This document shows, one piece after another, positions 1-13,330 of a stretch of DNA of 64,000 nucleotides (its first letter is position 1; the number at the start of each line of letters is the position of its first letter). Position numbers and translations under genes: made by a program. The stretch covers positions 868,001 through 932,000 of the forward strand of contig OZ234493.1 in the NCBI GenBank assembly GCA_965153455.1, in the 5' to 3' direction. The notes beneath the pieces are model-generated. The model was not told the DNA's origin. It made no database searches and saw only the letters and a program-made list of their open reading frames with translations. This DNA comes from Sphagnum compactum. Taxonomy: Eukaryota.

Positions 1-2975
1 AATTTCATTCCCAGTTACATGTTTGGTGCCCTATTATGTTGAAATTGGCCGTTCTCGTCCCCTAATTGGGAAACTATACAATAACTCTTATATTCCAATT
101 TGACTTTGGGCCTCTTGAGAGTAGTGAAATTTTAGGATCATTGTTTTTTGGGGTGGGGGGGGGGAGTGTTGTTGTCCCCCCATTGTAAAAGCCTTCAAGA
201 TTTTTCTTAGTGTAATTGGCTGCCACTTACTTCTGGAACTCCCTGCTCTGAAGGTGTTACACTACATGAATTACACTTGATTTTTTGTATAGGAGAATGG
301 CCTTTCTTGAGAACCTTTTGAGAATTTAGGTACTTTTCTTGAAGCAAGTAGGCCAGATGGAAGGTACGGAATATGTCGGAAGGTTTGGAATCTTGTTTCT
401 AATTGGCTGCCTCTACACATGCAAACCAATGAAAATCATTTCTCCAGCTTGCCTAATCTAAACATGAAAATTGTGGATCATCCTGCAAAATATGCTAAAG
501 CCAATAGTTGTAAGTGTGACTTAGACCTATATATTTCATTACATGTGTATTTATTTCATATTTCTTTTTGCATTTTATGACCTATGATTGAGTTTAAGAT
601 CACTCTTCACTACCATATGTTGCATGTGTACTTCTTTCACTTTCCATTTGATGAGAATGTGTATAATGTAACTTGTAGGATTAAACTGTGTTTCATTAGT
701 TTTTGGCTTGAAGTTTCAAGTAAGGAAAAAAGTTAAGAGTTGAGAATTAGTTATTTGTATTATTACCAAAAGAAGAACAATATTCTAACCCTAATCTTTT
801 CAAATTCCTTCACAAACCTCTCGAATATGTTTGAGAATTTGGAGAATTTTGATACTTACCGACATATACTTAGATGATAAACTTTGAAAAAAAAAACACA
901 TGTCCTTATCTTATCAAAAAGGTGAATGATGGTCTTTTACTCTTACTTGGGAATGAGAATTCTGAATAGCCTATATACCCTTTTCCTTACTTGAATTAGA
1001 TCTTTTGAAATCGGTTTCAGCAACAAACTGTCAAATAATTAATTATCTTTTAATTTTTAATGTTGGCACTTGGTTTTAATTTTGAAATTTTCGGCAGACA
1101 ATGGGCATATAAAATAATAAATAGTCGCTTTTCAAGGTTGTGGAAATCTAGGGTGTCGTTAAGATGGTACTTGAAGGTTTGTGATTAAAACCTGATAGTT
1201 GAACTTTTGATTTTATGTAAATTTCAGCACAGATACTAAATAATTTTTCAAAAATTTGAAAAAATGAAAAAGAATTTAATTTATGCCAAATCCATTCAGG
1301 TATTACAGTAACCTTACCTGGCCGATATATTAAAAATCAATATACTCACCCAACATGCGTACATACGATTATACTTGCTCCATAGTAATCAATAGTCCGT
1401 GTCTTGAAACCAATAGCTAGACCAGATGGGTATGAAAGTACCCAATACCAGTACCGGCTTGGAATGGGAAAGTGGAGAAGAGGGGCGGGGAAAACCCATA
1501 CCTTTTCCACCCTAAACAAGGACTAGCTAGTCTATTCAAAAGTCTATACCACACCAAGAAGACCTACTTATATTTCCAATATAAAATTCCATCACATTCT
1601 TAAACTGTTGTTCACCTGAGAAATTGGACCAGAGCCGCCTACTCCTTCCCTCACACAAGAATTCTTGGATTAATATTAAAACAGTTAGGTTAATCCATAG
1701 CTTCTTTCCCTGACCACAGGGATCTAGTCTAGAAACTCTGGCTTCTTCCTTTTTGGTGCTCTTATCTTCAAGAATTGACATAGACAAACCAAGGATTTCC
1801 AGTCTTTTCATATTTATCTTCATATAGTTCCAATTTCTAACTTACGGTACGCAAATTCACCCTCTAAAAAGTATTGTTTTGTTTTGAAACTTAGTAGTGT
1901 GCCATATATATGATGTTATAATTTCGTCAAAATTTGCCTCAAAATAACAAAATTGGTTCAAATTAAATTAGAAAGTAACATTGTCCAAAATATCCTGGAT
2001 TTTTTTACAAGAAAGGGATAATTCACTCCCCAAAAAAACATTGATTATGAGGTATATGGCCAAAAAAACAGTGTTTTATGAGGTATATGGGGGTTGATCA
2101 ATTTGGGGTTTGAAGGGTTCAGGGTTTAAGAGCCAAGTCGTTAGGGTCCAGAGTAAGTGTGTAGTTTGTACCAAATGTACATGCACCTCCATTGTCACCT
2201 CAACCTGACAAACTTCTGCCCACGGATAACACCTGATTCCAGTGTACTGGCTAGTCTTTTAAATAACCCTTTACAAAAATGACGACTACCTATTATGACA
2301 AAATCTGTATGGGGATGCGACAAAGAAAATACTGTTGCTTACATCAAGCATGCTTTCAAGCAATGTCACAGTAAAGTTGCTAGTTCAGAGGTACCACCAG
2401 GATTCAGGGATTGAGCATCTCAGAAGTAATCTAGATGCTTGTTGTCGATGTTCTCGTGAGCATCCGGTATATCTCAGAAGGCACAAAATATCCGGTATAG
2501 GAAATGTGGACACAAGGCTAATTCAGAATGTGGCTTTGGCTACAGAGTGTTCCAGTTGCAGTTTTTGAAAACTATGTGTCAATGGGCTTAGTCAATGAAC
2601 CCCTGACCTCTGATTGTGGTGGCATTTGATGGCAAGGATCAATGACTGGAAAGTCATTTCTACTCCTTGTTCTTTCCTTCCAGTTTTGTTTCTCTGCACA
2701 TTTTCTGCAGTTCCCCTCTCTCTACTAGAAGCTAATTGAGTGCTGCATATGACCTCCAACCAAACCTCCGTAAAAATGGAGAAAAACCAAACTCTATCTT
2801 TGACAGGGAACTAGCAGTTCAGAGGAGGGAAGTGTCAGCATTTTCAGGGCACAAAGTTCTACAACCTCAGTCTATCACCATGCATATATGTAGCATCGTT
2901 TCTTGAGATACATGGTCTAAGCCATCATAAATGGCCAAGTGACACTTAAATAAGTGATTTCTTGTTGTATTCTGG

Positions 2976-3570
<595 letters not shown>

Positions 3571-3643
3571 CTTAGGGTTTGCATGTTTGTAATATTGGGT
3601 TTGGAACCCTAGCAACTGGTCCCCGTTCACTAGGGGGTTAACA

Positions 3644-4073
3644 TGATGGTTCTTGCATTTTGTTTTCCTCCTTCCTTGTTTGCATTTTCTTGTGTTTTGA
3701 TTACTATAACATTGATTGAGTTAATTATTCTTTACGGGCTGTATGGCATTAAAGATTTTGATCATTGTTCATGATCAACATCTTTACGGGCCAATTGGCA
3801 TTAAAGAACTTGCAACTATCTTTGTTCTAAAAATTTGATGGTTCTTGCATTTTGTTTTCCTCCTTCCTTGTTTGCATTTTCTTGTGTTTTGATTACCATA
3901 GCATTGATTGAGTTAATTGTTCTTTACGGGCTTTATGGCATTAAAGATTTTGATCATTGTTCATGATCAACATCTTTACGGGCCAATTGGCATTAAAGAA
4001 CTTGCAACTATCTTTGCTCTAAAAATTTGATGGTTCTTGCATTTTGTTTTCCTCCTTGTTTGCATTTTCTTGT
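3644..4073. repeat. Direct tandem duplication, ~192-bp period, ~2.2 copies
   Basis: tgatggttcttgcattttgttttcctcc recurs at ~3644, ~3836 and ~4028; atctttacgggccaattggcattaaag recurs at ~3780 and ~3972. Confidence 0.9.
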
Positions 4074-5033
4074 GAAGTGTGTGGTTCTTAAATGCATGTG
4101 CAGAAATTGGCATTGTAGTCTGGTCTACTTGAAAATAACCATAATCTTTCAAAGCAGGTGGGACCATTGTGCCCATTTATGTTCCAATCTAATTTGAACT
4201 TCATCTCTCTCATTTACAGGAGATTTACAGGCATATGGAGGAATATATGGTCTCTTAGGGCTATTCACTGAGGTGGCTATACAAACAGGGTGTCAATGAT
4301 TTTACTGAAACTAATTACTGTGTTGTGCAGGCCTCTCTCCATGCTGCAAATAACAAGAGGGAGCTGCTATCTTCAATAGAACAAGACTGTGAAATACAAT
4401 TGAATCCAATGGCACCATACAGAAGACTGCCACTGTCCCAATCTTGGCTGGCATTTACTTTGGCCCAAGTCACAGCTTCCAATATATAGAGCTTCAGCAG
4501 GAGTTGATGAGGGCCTTGGATCAGATTGTAGTTCAATGGTTGTTGCAGCTACCATGGCAGCAACTGCGGTCCCCACAGGCTGTCAACTAGGCCTTCCAGA
4601 TTTTGGAAGTTCCTTTCTTAAAGAAAATATGAAACAAAAAATCAGGCATTTCTTTACATGTGGTCTAGCTTTAGATGCTTCGAGATTTCCAGCCCCTCCT
4701 CTAAGCCTACCGGCCTCATGACACGAGCCTCCAATCTGGAAGGGCCTAAAGCCAGACCCTTCTCCTAGTTTTGAGCATACATTTGCTTTTGTGTGGTTTT
4801 GATTGTTTCTTTTACTTTTTGACAATGGTAGTGACTTCAGCAATAACCCATATTCCCAACAGCTTTATCCAGCTTGGCTTAACTAGACAATGAAGCTGGA
4901 AACAATGTGAGTAGAACTGCCTTTGCTTCTTGAAAGCACTTGAACCAATGTTGATTGGTTAAATCCTCCAGCTCTTTCATCACATTGTATGTGTTGCTGC
5001 TGCTGCTGTTGATGGCAATGTTTTTTATGTGTA

Positions 5034-5106
5034 GAATAATGGAGAATTGCAACTTAGTTGGCCAACTTCCAGCAGATGTTCTAGGCTATCCAAACCTGGA
5101 GGTCTT
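5034..5106 (+). pseudogene. Single LRR exon from an LRR receptor-like kinase
   Basis: An AG..GT-bounded ~72-nt exon reads IMENCNLVGQLPADVLGYPNLEVL, matching the plant-specific LRR consensus and the one-LRR-per-exon structure. Confidence 0.6.
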
Positions 5107-5252
5107 GTAAGTATCAAGTACCCCCCCTGAGTTTCTCTTTCCCTGATGAGATCTGTCTCTGGTATTTGTTTTTTCCCGGAAAAAGCCATAAAAATCTCTA
5201 TCTCAGAAGTCGTATAACTGAAAGTTTGAGTGATCTGCCTGCTGCAGTGTCC

Positions 5253-6404
5253 TGATGATCACCAAAGGAGATGTTGTAGGACCTGCGCTAGAGTTTGAGC
5301 ATGGCATCAAGCAAGAGATGGACGTGAAGCCTACTATCAGACTGGAGGTGAAGCCAACCTTCCAAGTAGAATCCAAGGCAAGCAAAGGCAACCACAATTT
5401 CAGATCTGCTGGCCAGATTGTGCAGGAGCAGCGAGGAAAGTAAGAATTTCTTCATTGACCATTTTGTTTGGCTGATGCACTGTCTGTTAGAGTTCCAGTT
5501 GAGATATTCAGATGTCTCTTAGGAAGTACCTTTGCAATCTTGCAGCAGTGCTGATCTGTCATTGAACAATGGGTGGTGCTTTGATGTGAATTTTATTGGT
5601 GGTTGTAGTGCTGCACCTGCTTCGATGATGGGTATCTCAAGGAGAATATACCCACAACACTATCTCTTAATCCATATCAAGGAAACTGGACAATCAAAGT
5701 GCGGGTGACCAGTAAAGGACCTCCGCGCTCCTTCAAGAATGCACGAGGGGCAGGCAATGTGTTCAACGTGGAGCTCACTGATGAAGATGTATGCCCCTAC
5801 GTCATTCTTTCTCGTGTTTTTTGTCACTATGTGCAATCTCTATTGTCTCCCTGTAACTAAGGCCCAAGCTTTATGTTTTTGTCAAATGAAACTTTTCTTC
5901 AGGGAACACAGATTCTAGCAACCATGTTCAAAGAGGCAGCTGACAAGTTCTTTGACAAAGTGCAATTAGGAAAGGTGCAGCATACATACAACCATTTCTT
6001 TTAGTGGACATTATAGTGTGGTGCTTTCTACTTTTTGGAAATGGTTGTGACTGCGCTCATTCCTGTCGTGTTAGTTTTGGTTTCACTGCTGAACTTACAA
6101 AGTGGCGTGTTTGCAGACTACGATGACAGGGCTTCCTCATTCCCTTTGTAGACATGTGCTCAAGCTAACCTAGTTTGTGCAATCTGGCCTAAAGTGCAGG
6201 TGTACTTCATAACCAAGGGCAGCCTGCGAGTTGCAAACAAGCAGTTTTCAAATGTGAATAATGACTATGAGATGACATTGAATGCCAACTCTGAGGTTGA
6301 AGAAGTTCATGAGGATGCAGCCTCCATCCAGATGCTTGCCATGAAGTACAAATTTGTGAAGATCAATGCATTGGGACCATACGTCAATGGTAGGGAACTT
6401 GTAG
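5253..6404 (+). pseudogene. RPA1: Multi-exon fragment of replication protein A 70-kDa subunit (RPA1B/D-like, DBD-A region)
   Basis: Exons read RSAGQIVQEQRG|gt; LNPYQGNWTIKVRVTSKGPPRSFKNARGAGNVFNVELTDED|gt; GTQILATMFKEAADKFFDKVQLGK|gt; VYFITKGSLRVANKQFSNVNNDYEMTLNANSEVEE...LGPYVNGRELV|gt. There is a frameshift near 5655 and no downstream exons. Confidence 0.9.
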
Positions 6405-6681
6405 GTATGTCTTTTTATATTCACCTGCCTAGGTTTGCAAGTTGTTTTGTCCAAGTAAATCTGTGGCCTCAAGTCCAATTAGACTCGATGTATTCCTGTG
6501 CATGTAGCAACACTAGTTTTAGATCACCATCCCAGTTGACTTTGATATGCTGATATAAGCCTGCCTGCTCAGTAGGTGTAGAATGTGGGAACTTATCTCT
6601 ACTTCTGACTGTCTAGTGTTCCAAGTAGGACAAGTGAGCACAAACAAAGTAGTTGAACTGAGAGAGGGTCAATGTGATAGA

Positions 6682-7092
6682 GGGTTTCGCATTGAGTGCA
6701 TTGAACACATGGTTTGTGCCTTTTCTCTTCCATCCACGCATGTTAGACATAGACTCACAATTTTCTCTGATGCAATGTTGATGGATACCCATTCTTATAC
6801 AAACAAGTCTCGGTGAGTAGTACCATTGTGAAAAATTGACTACCAAATGTGCCATTCTTGGGAAATTTCTGTTGCAACTCAGGACCCAGTGTTCCTCACA
6901 ATGTTTTCCTGTGAACTGATATTATGCAGGGAGAATGTGATGGCATTTGGGTATGGAAGCGCGTCAATCAGCTATTTAACTGGCTGCCTCTTGCTGCTGT
7001 CGTAGAGAGAAAAATCAGTTGCATGCATGGTGGTATTGGAAGGTCCATCAACTATGTACAGCAGATTGAAGATCTGAAACGGCCCATTACTG
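6682..7092 (+). pseudogene. Fragment of a BSU1/BSL kelch Ser/Thr phosphatase catalytic domain
   Basis: GFRIECIEHM|gt, then ag|GECDGIWVWKRVNQLFNWLPLAAVVERKISCMHGGIGRSINYVQQIEDLKRPIT. This carries the PPP-family CMHGG motif in a BSL-like context. Confidence 0.85.
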
Positions 7093-10000
7093 TTGGCTGA
7101 ACTTCTTGGCTGTTTTTAAGTTGAGGAGGGTGGTATGGTGTGTACTGATAGGTAGGGGCCTTGCCCTCTGCCCTTGATGTTTTCTCCAGCCGAGAGAAAA
7201 CAAACCCAGAGAAGCAGAAGGCAGAGCCATTGCATCTAGTCAGAATATCTTACAAATTACAACATGTGCATTATACTATTTTAGCCTATTTTGGCTAACT
7301 AATGGTAATTTAAAAAATTGTGAATTTACAACTTGAACATTGTTTACTGTCCAACCATGTTTTTTCTTTTGACAAAGCGCCAATGCATATGCCAACTCCA
7401 ATTTACTTGCCAAGTATTGATTTGAACATTGAAGTGATTTTTTAACTATATTTTTTTGAACTAGACAAATCTGCACATTGGAGATCATACCTCCAATGCA
7501 CAACATCTACCTTGGACACTACCCCATGCACAACAAATGTTAGCATTATGTTTGAACATCATGAAATCATTGTTAGCCCTAAACTCACACATTTCATATA
7601 CTGATGAACTACAAACTGCTACAAACTGCATGAACTTTACCTAGACCAATTAGATGTGCAGACTGAAAAATCAGAAGTATCAGCCTAATGTGCAAAATAT
7701 GCTCCTTGTTAGGTTCCTATTCACACCCTTGTAAAGAAATAAAATTGGTTGCAACTATCTAAAAGGTACCCCAGAGTAAATGAGGGTTTGTACTATACAT
7801 GGGAATTGGCAGTTACTAAATGCTTGTGTGTGGGCTCAACATGTTCAAGTTCAAACTGCAAAGGTTGTTAGGCTTTCCCTAAAAACCAACTTTTCTAGAC
7901 TTGGAAGAGTAGAAGCATTGGGGAGGCTTGTGGCATAACATAACAATTAACATTTCTAAGGCAAGACCAACATAAGGCTAGTTGTTTGAGTAAGGTACAG
8001 ATGGAGCATGACGAAAATGCAATCATCAGTGATGTTGATGGTACAGTGGCTCACGATGAAGGACCAGTGGATGCTGATCCCGAAGAAACAACGCCAAACC
8101 CCTACATTTTAGCACGTAACATGCGCGTTGCTCAACTCAAACAACGACTTGCAGAAGTTGAAGGAAGCGCCCAAAAATTGTGAGTTCTTCTTAGACTTGT
8201 CTTCAGGTGCATAAATGGAGAGGCCCATATAAAATTAGTAATGGATCGTGCAATCTCCATTGCCTACACTGTATGAAAGAGTTTGGAAGTCCGACTATGT
8301 GCGTGAGATTTGTGTATACGCCTACCAAATAGTTTGAACACGCTTCAATAATCTTTGTTCTAGTGTTAGGTTGTAGCTACTCTCCGAATTCCAATCTATT
8401 CTAAAATTTTCATGGGGTTAGGGTTTAGGGACTGAAATCGATGTGTTCGGTGCTACCATGAAATAGGGTTTCTGGTGATCTTTTACTACATGCATAGCTT
8501 AAAATTAGGTTTGTATGCTAGTTAGTGGTCATGTGCTTATTGAGACAGTCTTAATCCAAACTAATTACTCCTTTGCTGTATTTTGGAAACACTCGGTCAC
8601 TTGGCAGTCGTCACTTCATGAACTCAGCAACCATGCAAGGGAGGAAGAAGACAAGTAAGAAGTCCACCCAAAAGGTGGTGGATGGGAGAACGCTTGGACA
8701 CCAAAGCAAGAGGAGGAGCACTAGGAATGTTGGAAAACCACATCGTCATGTGGTGGAAGAGGAAGGGTCGTCGACATCAGCAGCATCTAGTGAATGCGAC
8801 ACTTCATGTAGCAGCGACTACAACTCAAATGTAGAGGAGTCAGAAGGTTCTGAGCTACCAGTTGCATCTTCAATTATGAAGGAACAGAATAAGGCACCTA
8901 GCAAACGGACCCCCACACCAAATGTAATGTACCCCTCCCCCCCCCCCCCCCATCAAATATTGTTTTTGAGGTCCATTTTTATGTCAAAGATACTAGAAGT
9001 AACAACATTATTGAAGGCACAATATCTGTGAAATTTGTGACTGGTCCTATGAGCCTTGCTAGTCCGTATTGAGTTGAAGTTTATTCTAGCAAATGAAACT
9101 GAAGCAGAATAAAAACATGTAGGCAAGATCTACAACAAAACAGACAAACAAATTCTGGTAAAATGTTAACAAACATTAAAATGACTCCCCCCCACAGGCT
9201 TTGTGACTCAGCCTAACTCTGTGCCCCGAGCTCCCTCCCTCTGTGTCTGTTGTGTGTTTTCTTCTGCAATCTGGTACTATGTGATTTTGTGTCTTTTGTT
9301 GCAATTTTGGTGTCTGATTTTGGTAGCCTAGTATGTGATTTTTTGTTTCCTGGTGTGCAATTTTGTGTTTTCCTATAGTCTGGTGTGTGTGATTTTGTGT
9401 TGTTTGATGCAATCTCATGTGTGTCTAATTGTTTTTTCCAACAATCCAATCATCCAAATGTCATGTTTTTGCTGCAGTAGTGTATTGTTTCCTTACAAAT
9501 TCCTTAAAGATTTTCAGAGATCTTTTTTTTGTTTTATTTTTTACAGATGGATTGTTTTGCTAGTGATTTGAGGGGAAGGATCATGGAATTAATGAAGAGG
9601 GTGAGATGGGTGGCAATACCTCACTCTCTTTGTTTTTTTTGGGTCACCTAATTTACACATGGTCTCATCATATTTTGTGGGGTCTTTGGTAGCTCTTTTG
9701 CAGTGTCTGTCGTACATAGCATATATAGGTCATGAAAGGGTGAAAAGATATGATCATCAATCAGTTCAAGTCAGTTAGTCATATATGTAGTCGGCAGGCA
9801 AAACTTCGGTGTCATTCTTCTTCTGTCATGTTATGTATATGCTTTTTAGCCACACAGTGGAACATTGTCCCAAAGCTTATTTGATGACGACGATCTAGGA
9901 GCATGACGGACTAAACTTCCAACTCAGTTAAAATTCTCCAGAGTTGCACATGGATGGTCAAAGAGATAAGGTTCATCTTGGCTCTAAAAACTTACGTTAT

Positions 10001-11229
10001 TCGGTCAAAGAAAGAGCTCAACTCAAGCTCCACATAAGGTTATCAAAAAAGCTGCTAACAAGTTCAACTCAAACTCCACATAGCATTATCAAAGAGCTAA
10101 AAAACTCAAATCTGGATCACAAGCTTTGGGTGCTTGTGGGTTTTGATTTGCAGGGTTTATTTTGTTTTGGGTGCTTGGTGGGTTTTGATTTGCAGTTTTG
10201 TTTGATTTTGGGTGCTTGTTGTTATTCGTGTGCTGTGTTGTCTTTTTGTCATTATGATTGGCACTGGACAACAAACAATATGGTAATCTGTACAAAAATG
10301 TACAGTCAACTTCAGCTTGAATTTACTCAATTATCAGTCAGTGTATAAAGGTGAAAAGGAAGGAAGGAAGGAAGGAAGGAATAATAATGTAAATATTGTT
10401 AAGGGGTTTTCTTTTGGGGACAAGAGTGGTGATGATGGATGTCATCTTAAATCAAAGGGCATCAACATATCCAGGCCATGATGATGAAAGGTAGACAGAT
10501 TTGATTGATAGATTGACTGTTTGTTTGTTTGATTGATTGATTAATTCATGGATGTATGACTACTTTGTAAGACCATTTCTAGTACTTTCTAAGTACACCC
10601 ATCATGTTTTATTATGAAAAATGACTGTTGTATTTCCTGGGTTGAACATTGAGCTCCTTTGCATCGTTCCTTATCATATGTGGACTTGGTGCACACCTGT
10701 TTTGCATTCACCATCATATTTGATATAACACAAACAGAGACAAACAAAACTTTCTTCTCTTCTTTCTCTTCTGACATCATATCTGAACTGAATGTTGCAT
10801 TTTATCCCCTTCCAAGATTCCTCAAGAAGCAGTGACATTGCATCTGATTACTGTAGATGCATTATTGTGAAGATTGTAAAGAGATGTGATGCTATGTGGG
10901 CTTTTGTGCCTGAAGAATGTGAAGAAGTATAATTACCAAACTAGAATTGTCTCCCTAATGAGTTTGCAAATCAGTTTTTTCTTTAGGGATTGCGTGCTTG
11001 TCTTACTAGTCCAAATGCCCTGTTTGTTACAGGAGAACTGATATGTGCTTACTGGCCCTTAAACTGCACATTAGAGATGGCCACTTGTAGAATATCTAGT
11101 ATTGTTTTCTGGGTTTACATGTTACAGCACATAAGCTCCATAAATTTGGAAATGGAAACATAAAATGGGGCCCAGTTAAAAAGGTAATTGCCAATACTCA
11201 TTTTTCAGTCTTCAACATTAAGTCTCTCA

Positions 11230-12150
11230 ACTATGATAGAAGGCTTAGGCAAGAACACCTTAATTCTTCAACTAGCCTCTGTCCATTTTCAGATAAGGGG
11301 GTAATTTATGTTATTTACAGTGTCAATAATAGTAGAATGCTATATGTTGGTTCCACATGTAAGTCTACCTTTGAGAGATTCCAAGAGCATATAAGAGAAG
11401 CTAAAAGATTGTCTAAATTTGCTAGTTCGTCATTTGATTTTAAGCCACTATATGCTGCCATTGCTAAAGAGGGTTCCATTCCTTCAGAGTTTTTCATATT
11501 GAAAAAGTAGATGGGAATTTCTTTGATTCTGGAGGTCGTTTTGCTCTGAACTTGTTTAAGGTTGTTGCCTCTCAATTGGAAAGAAAATGGATGAGTATTT
11601 TACACACTTTCTTTCCAAAGGGTTACAACCTAGAAGGCAAGTCAAACAATAGACGTTCTCCTAGGGTACATAAAGCTTCTGCAATGTTGTGGAGAAAGGG
11701 CAGCAAGCCTTCATTTGCTCGTCCTTTTAACAATGTTTGGGTTCCTCTCAATGTTCTTCCTAATGTTGCTGTAAGTTTACCTCCTCCTTCTTCGCCAGTT
11801 TCTGAGGAGACTGGTTCTCCTTCTGATGATGTGAAACCAAATCATAGTGGGATCCCTCACCTTTCTCCTCACAGATTTTTTGGCTACAGAGATTACAATA
11901 GAAGGCTGGTTTTTCCTTTCTTCTCTTATGTCTCAAGGTAAGTTTTCTATTATTTTTCTCTCCAAGTATAAGACCAAGAACTTGGTTCGTATGCTTCTGT
12001 TACTGTCTGAGTTTTCTCCTTCTGTTCTCGGTCTTGATGTTGGCCATGTATTAAGTGAGTGGAAGGCCAAAGTTCTTTTGTTTGTACAGAAGAGGACTCG
12101 TGATTCCTTAGTGGTTCAAACCTCTTCTGATTCTTCTTTGTACAGAGGTT
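11230..12150 (+). pseudogene. GIY-YIG endonuclease module, copy 1 (frameshifted)
   Basis: KGVIYVIYSVNNSRMLYVGSTCKSTFERFQEHIREA..KPLYAAIAKEG [frameshift ~11475] HSFRVFHIEKV..QLERKWMSILHTFFPKGYNL. The conserved Tyr, Tyr, Arg, His, Glu and Asn positions are all present. It is followed by a low-complexity linker and RFFGYRDYNRRL. Confidence 0.82.
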
Positions 12151-12607
12151 GAGGTTGCTGGTATTAAACATGGTGTAGAAAGGGATGGAGAACTCACAAG
12201 CCAATGATGGATCCAGTAGGTGTGCATTGGACCACTTCCGTATTCCAGACACATGGGTCTGTGGTGTTGTAGGGGTCTTGGTAGTTCACTTTTTCTTGAT
12301 TTCCTTTATCAAGATTGGAGGTTTTTGCTTGAGCTGGTAAACATTTCTTTAAATTCAGAGCTTGCAAAGTCTATCACTATTCTTGGAAATTATTGCCTTT
12401 ATCCAGAGTGTCTTCAAGCTTTCAGTTAAGATCTAGAATTGTGCCCTTTTTGTTCATCAGAGTTTTTCTTTTGTATCAGGTTTTCTTTCATGTCCAGAAA
12501 TAATCTTATAAATCTCCATGATTTCAGTAATGCAAATATGAAGTGGTTTTCTTTCCGGAATTTGCTGATCATGCTGTGTTCTGTAAAGGGTTAATTAAAG
12601 TCTCTCA

Positions 12608-13330
12608 ACAGGCTTAGAAGGTTAAGGCAAAAGCACCTCAAACTTGTTGCCAAAATTTGTTCTGTTTCATATGGAGGTGTCATCTATGTAATCCGTAACA
12701 CTGGTTCTAGTTAAGTGCTATATGATGGTCAAACCTATAGCTCAGTTTTTGCAAGATCCTAAGAGCATGTAAGAGAAGCCCGAATATTGGAAAAGCTCAC
12801 CAATTCTGTTATTGATTTAAAACTCTTCGTATGTGCCTAAGTTAAAGAAGCTTTTTGTTCTTTTAGTATCTTTGCTAATGAAAAAATTATGGGAGATTTA
12901 TGGATTCAAATGGGAAAATTGAACGTCAAAGGTTCAATCTTGCTGCCACAACAGTAGGAAGAAATGGATGGCTGTCCTTCATTCTGTACTTTCCAAATCG
13001 TATGACTTAGAAAGAAGGTTGTGTAGCCAAGTTTGTAACAGTCCTATGTTATGTTTTAATGGGTACCTAAGAAGGTCCTAAACTTTCTGTTGTGCATCCC
13101 AAAAGGTTCGGAAGTCCAAAGTCAATCCCTTGCTGTTGGTTGTGCTCCATTATCTCTTCGTGTGCCCTTCTTCTGTAGAAAGATCCTATCTGTCATGATT
13201 CATCACTGGATTACCTTAGTGATCCGTATGTTCTTTCCATAGAACTTTTGGCTGGATACAAAAGAAAATTGGATTTCCTCTATAAAGTTATACCTCATGG
13301 GAAGGTGTTTTCTGAATTTCTTACCAAAAA
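12608..13330 (+). pseudogene. GIY-YIG endonuclease module, copy 2 (heavily decayed)
   Basis: RLRRLRQKHL..GGVIYVIRNTGSS*VLYDGQTYSSVFARS*EHVREA..RKWMAVLHS..SYDL, then HRTFG..KRKLDFL..GK. It is colinear with copy 1 at a ~1.38-kb offset. Confidence 0.72.

Noticed and set aside
11823-11840. Hammerhead-like CTGATGA..GAAA near the GIY-YIG module
   Set aside because: Only 3 nt separate the core boxes and I could not form stem III with a cleavage triplet. It also lies within the reading frame.
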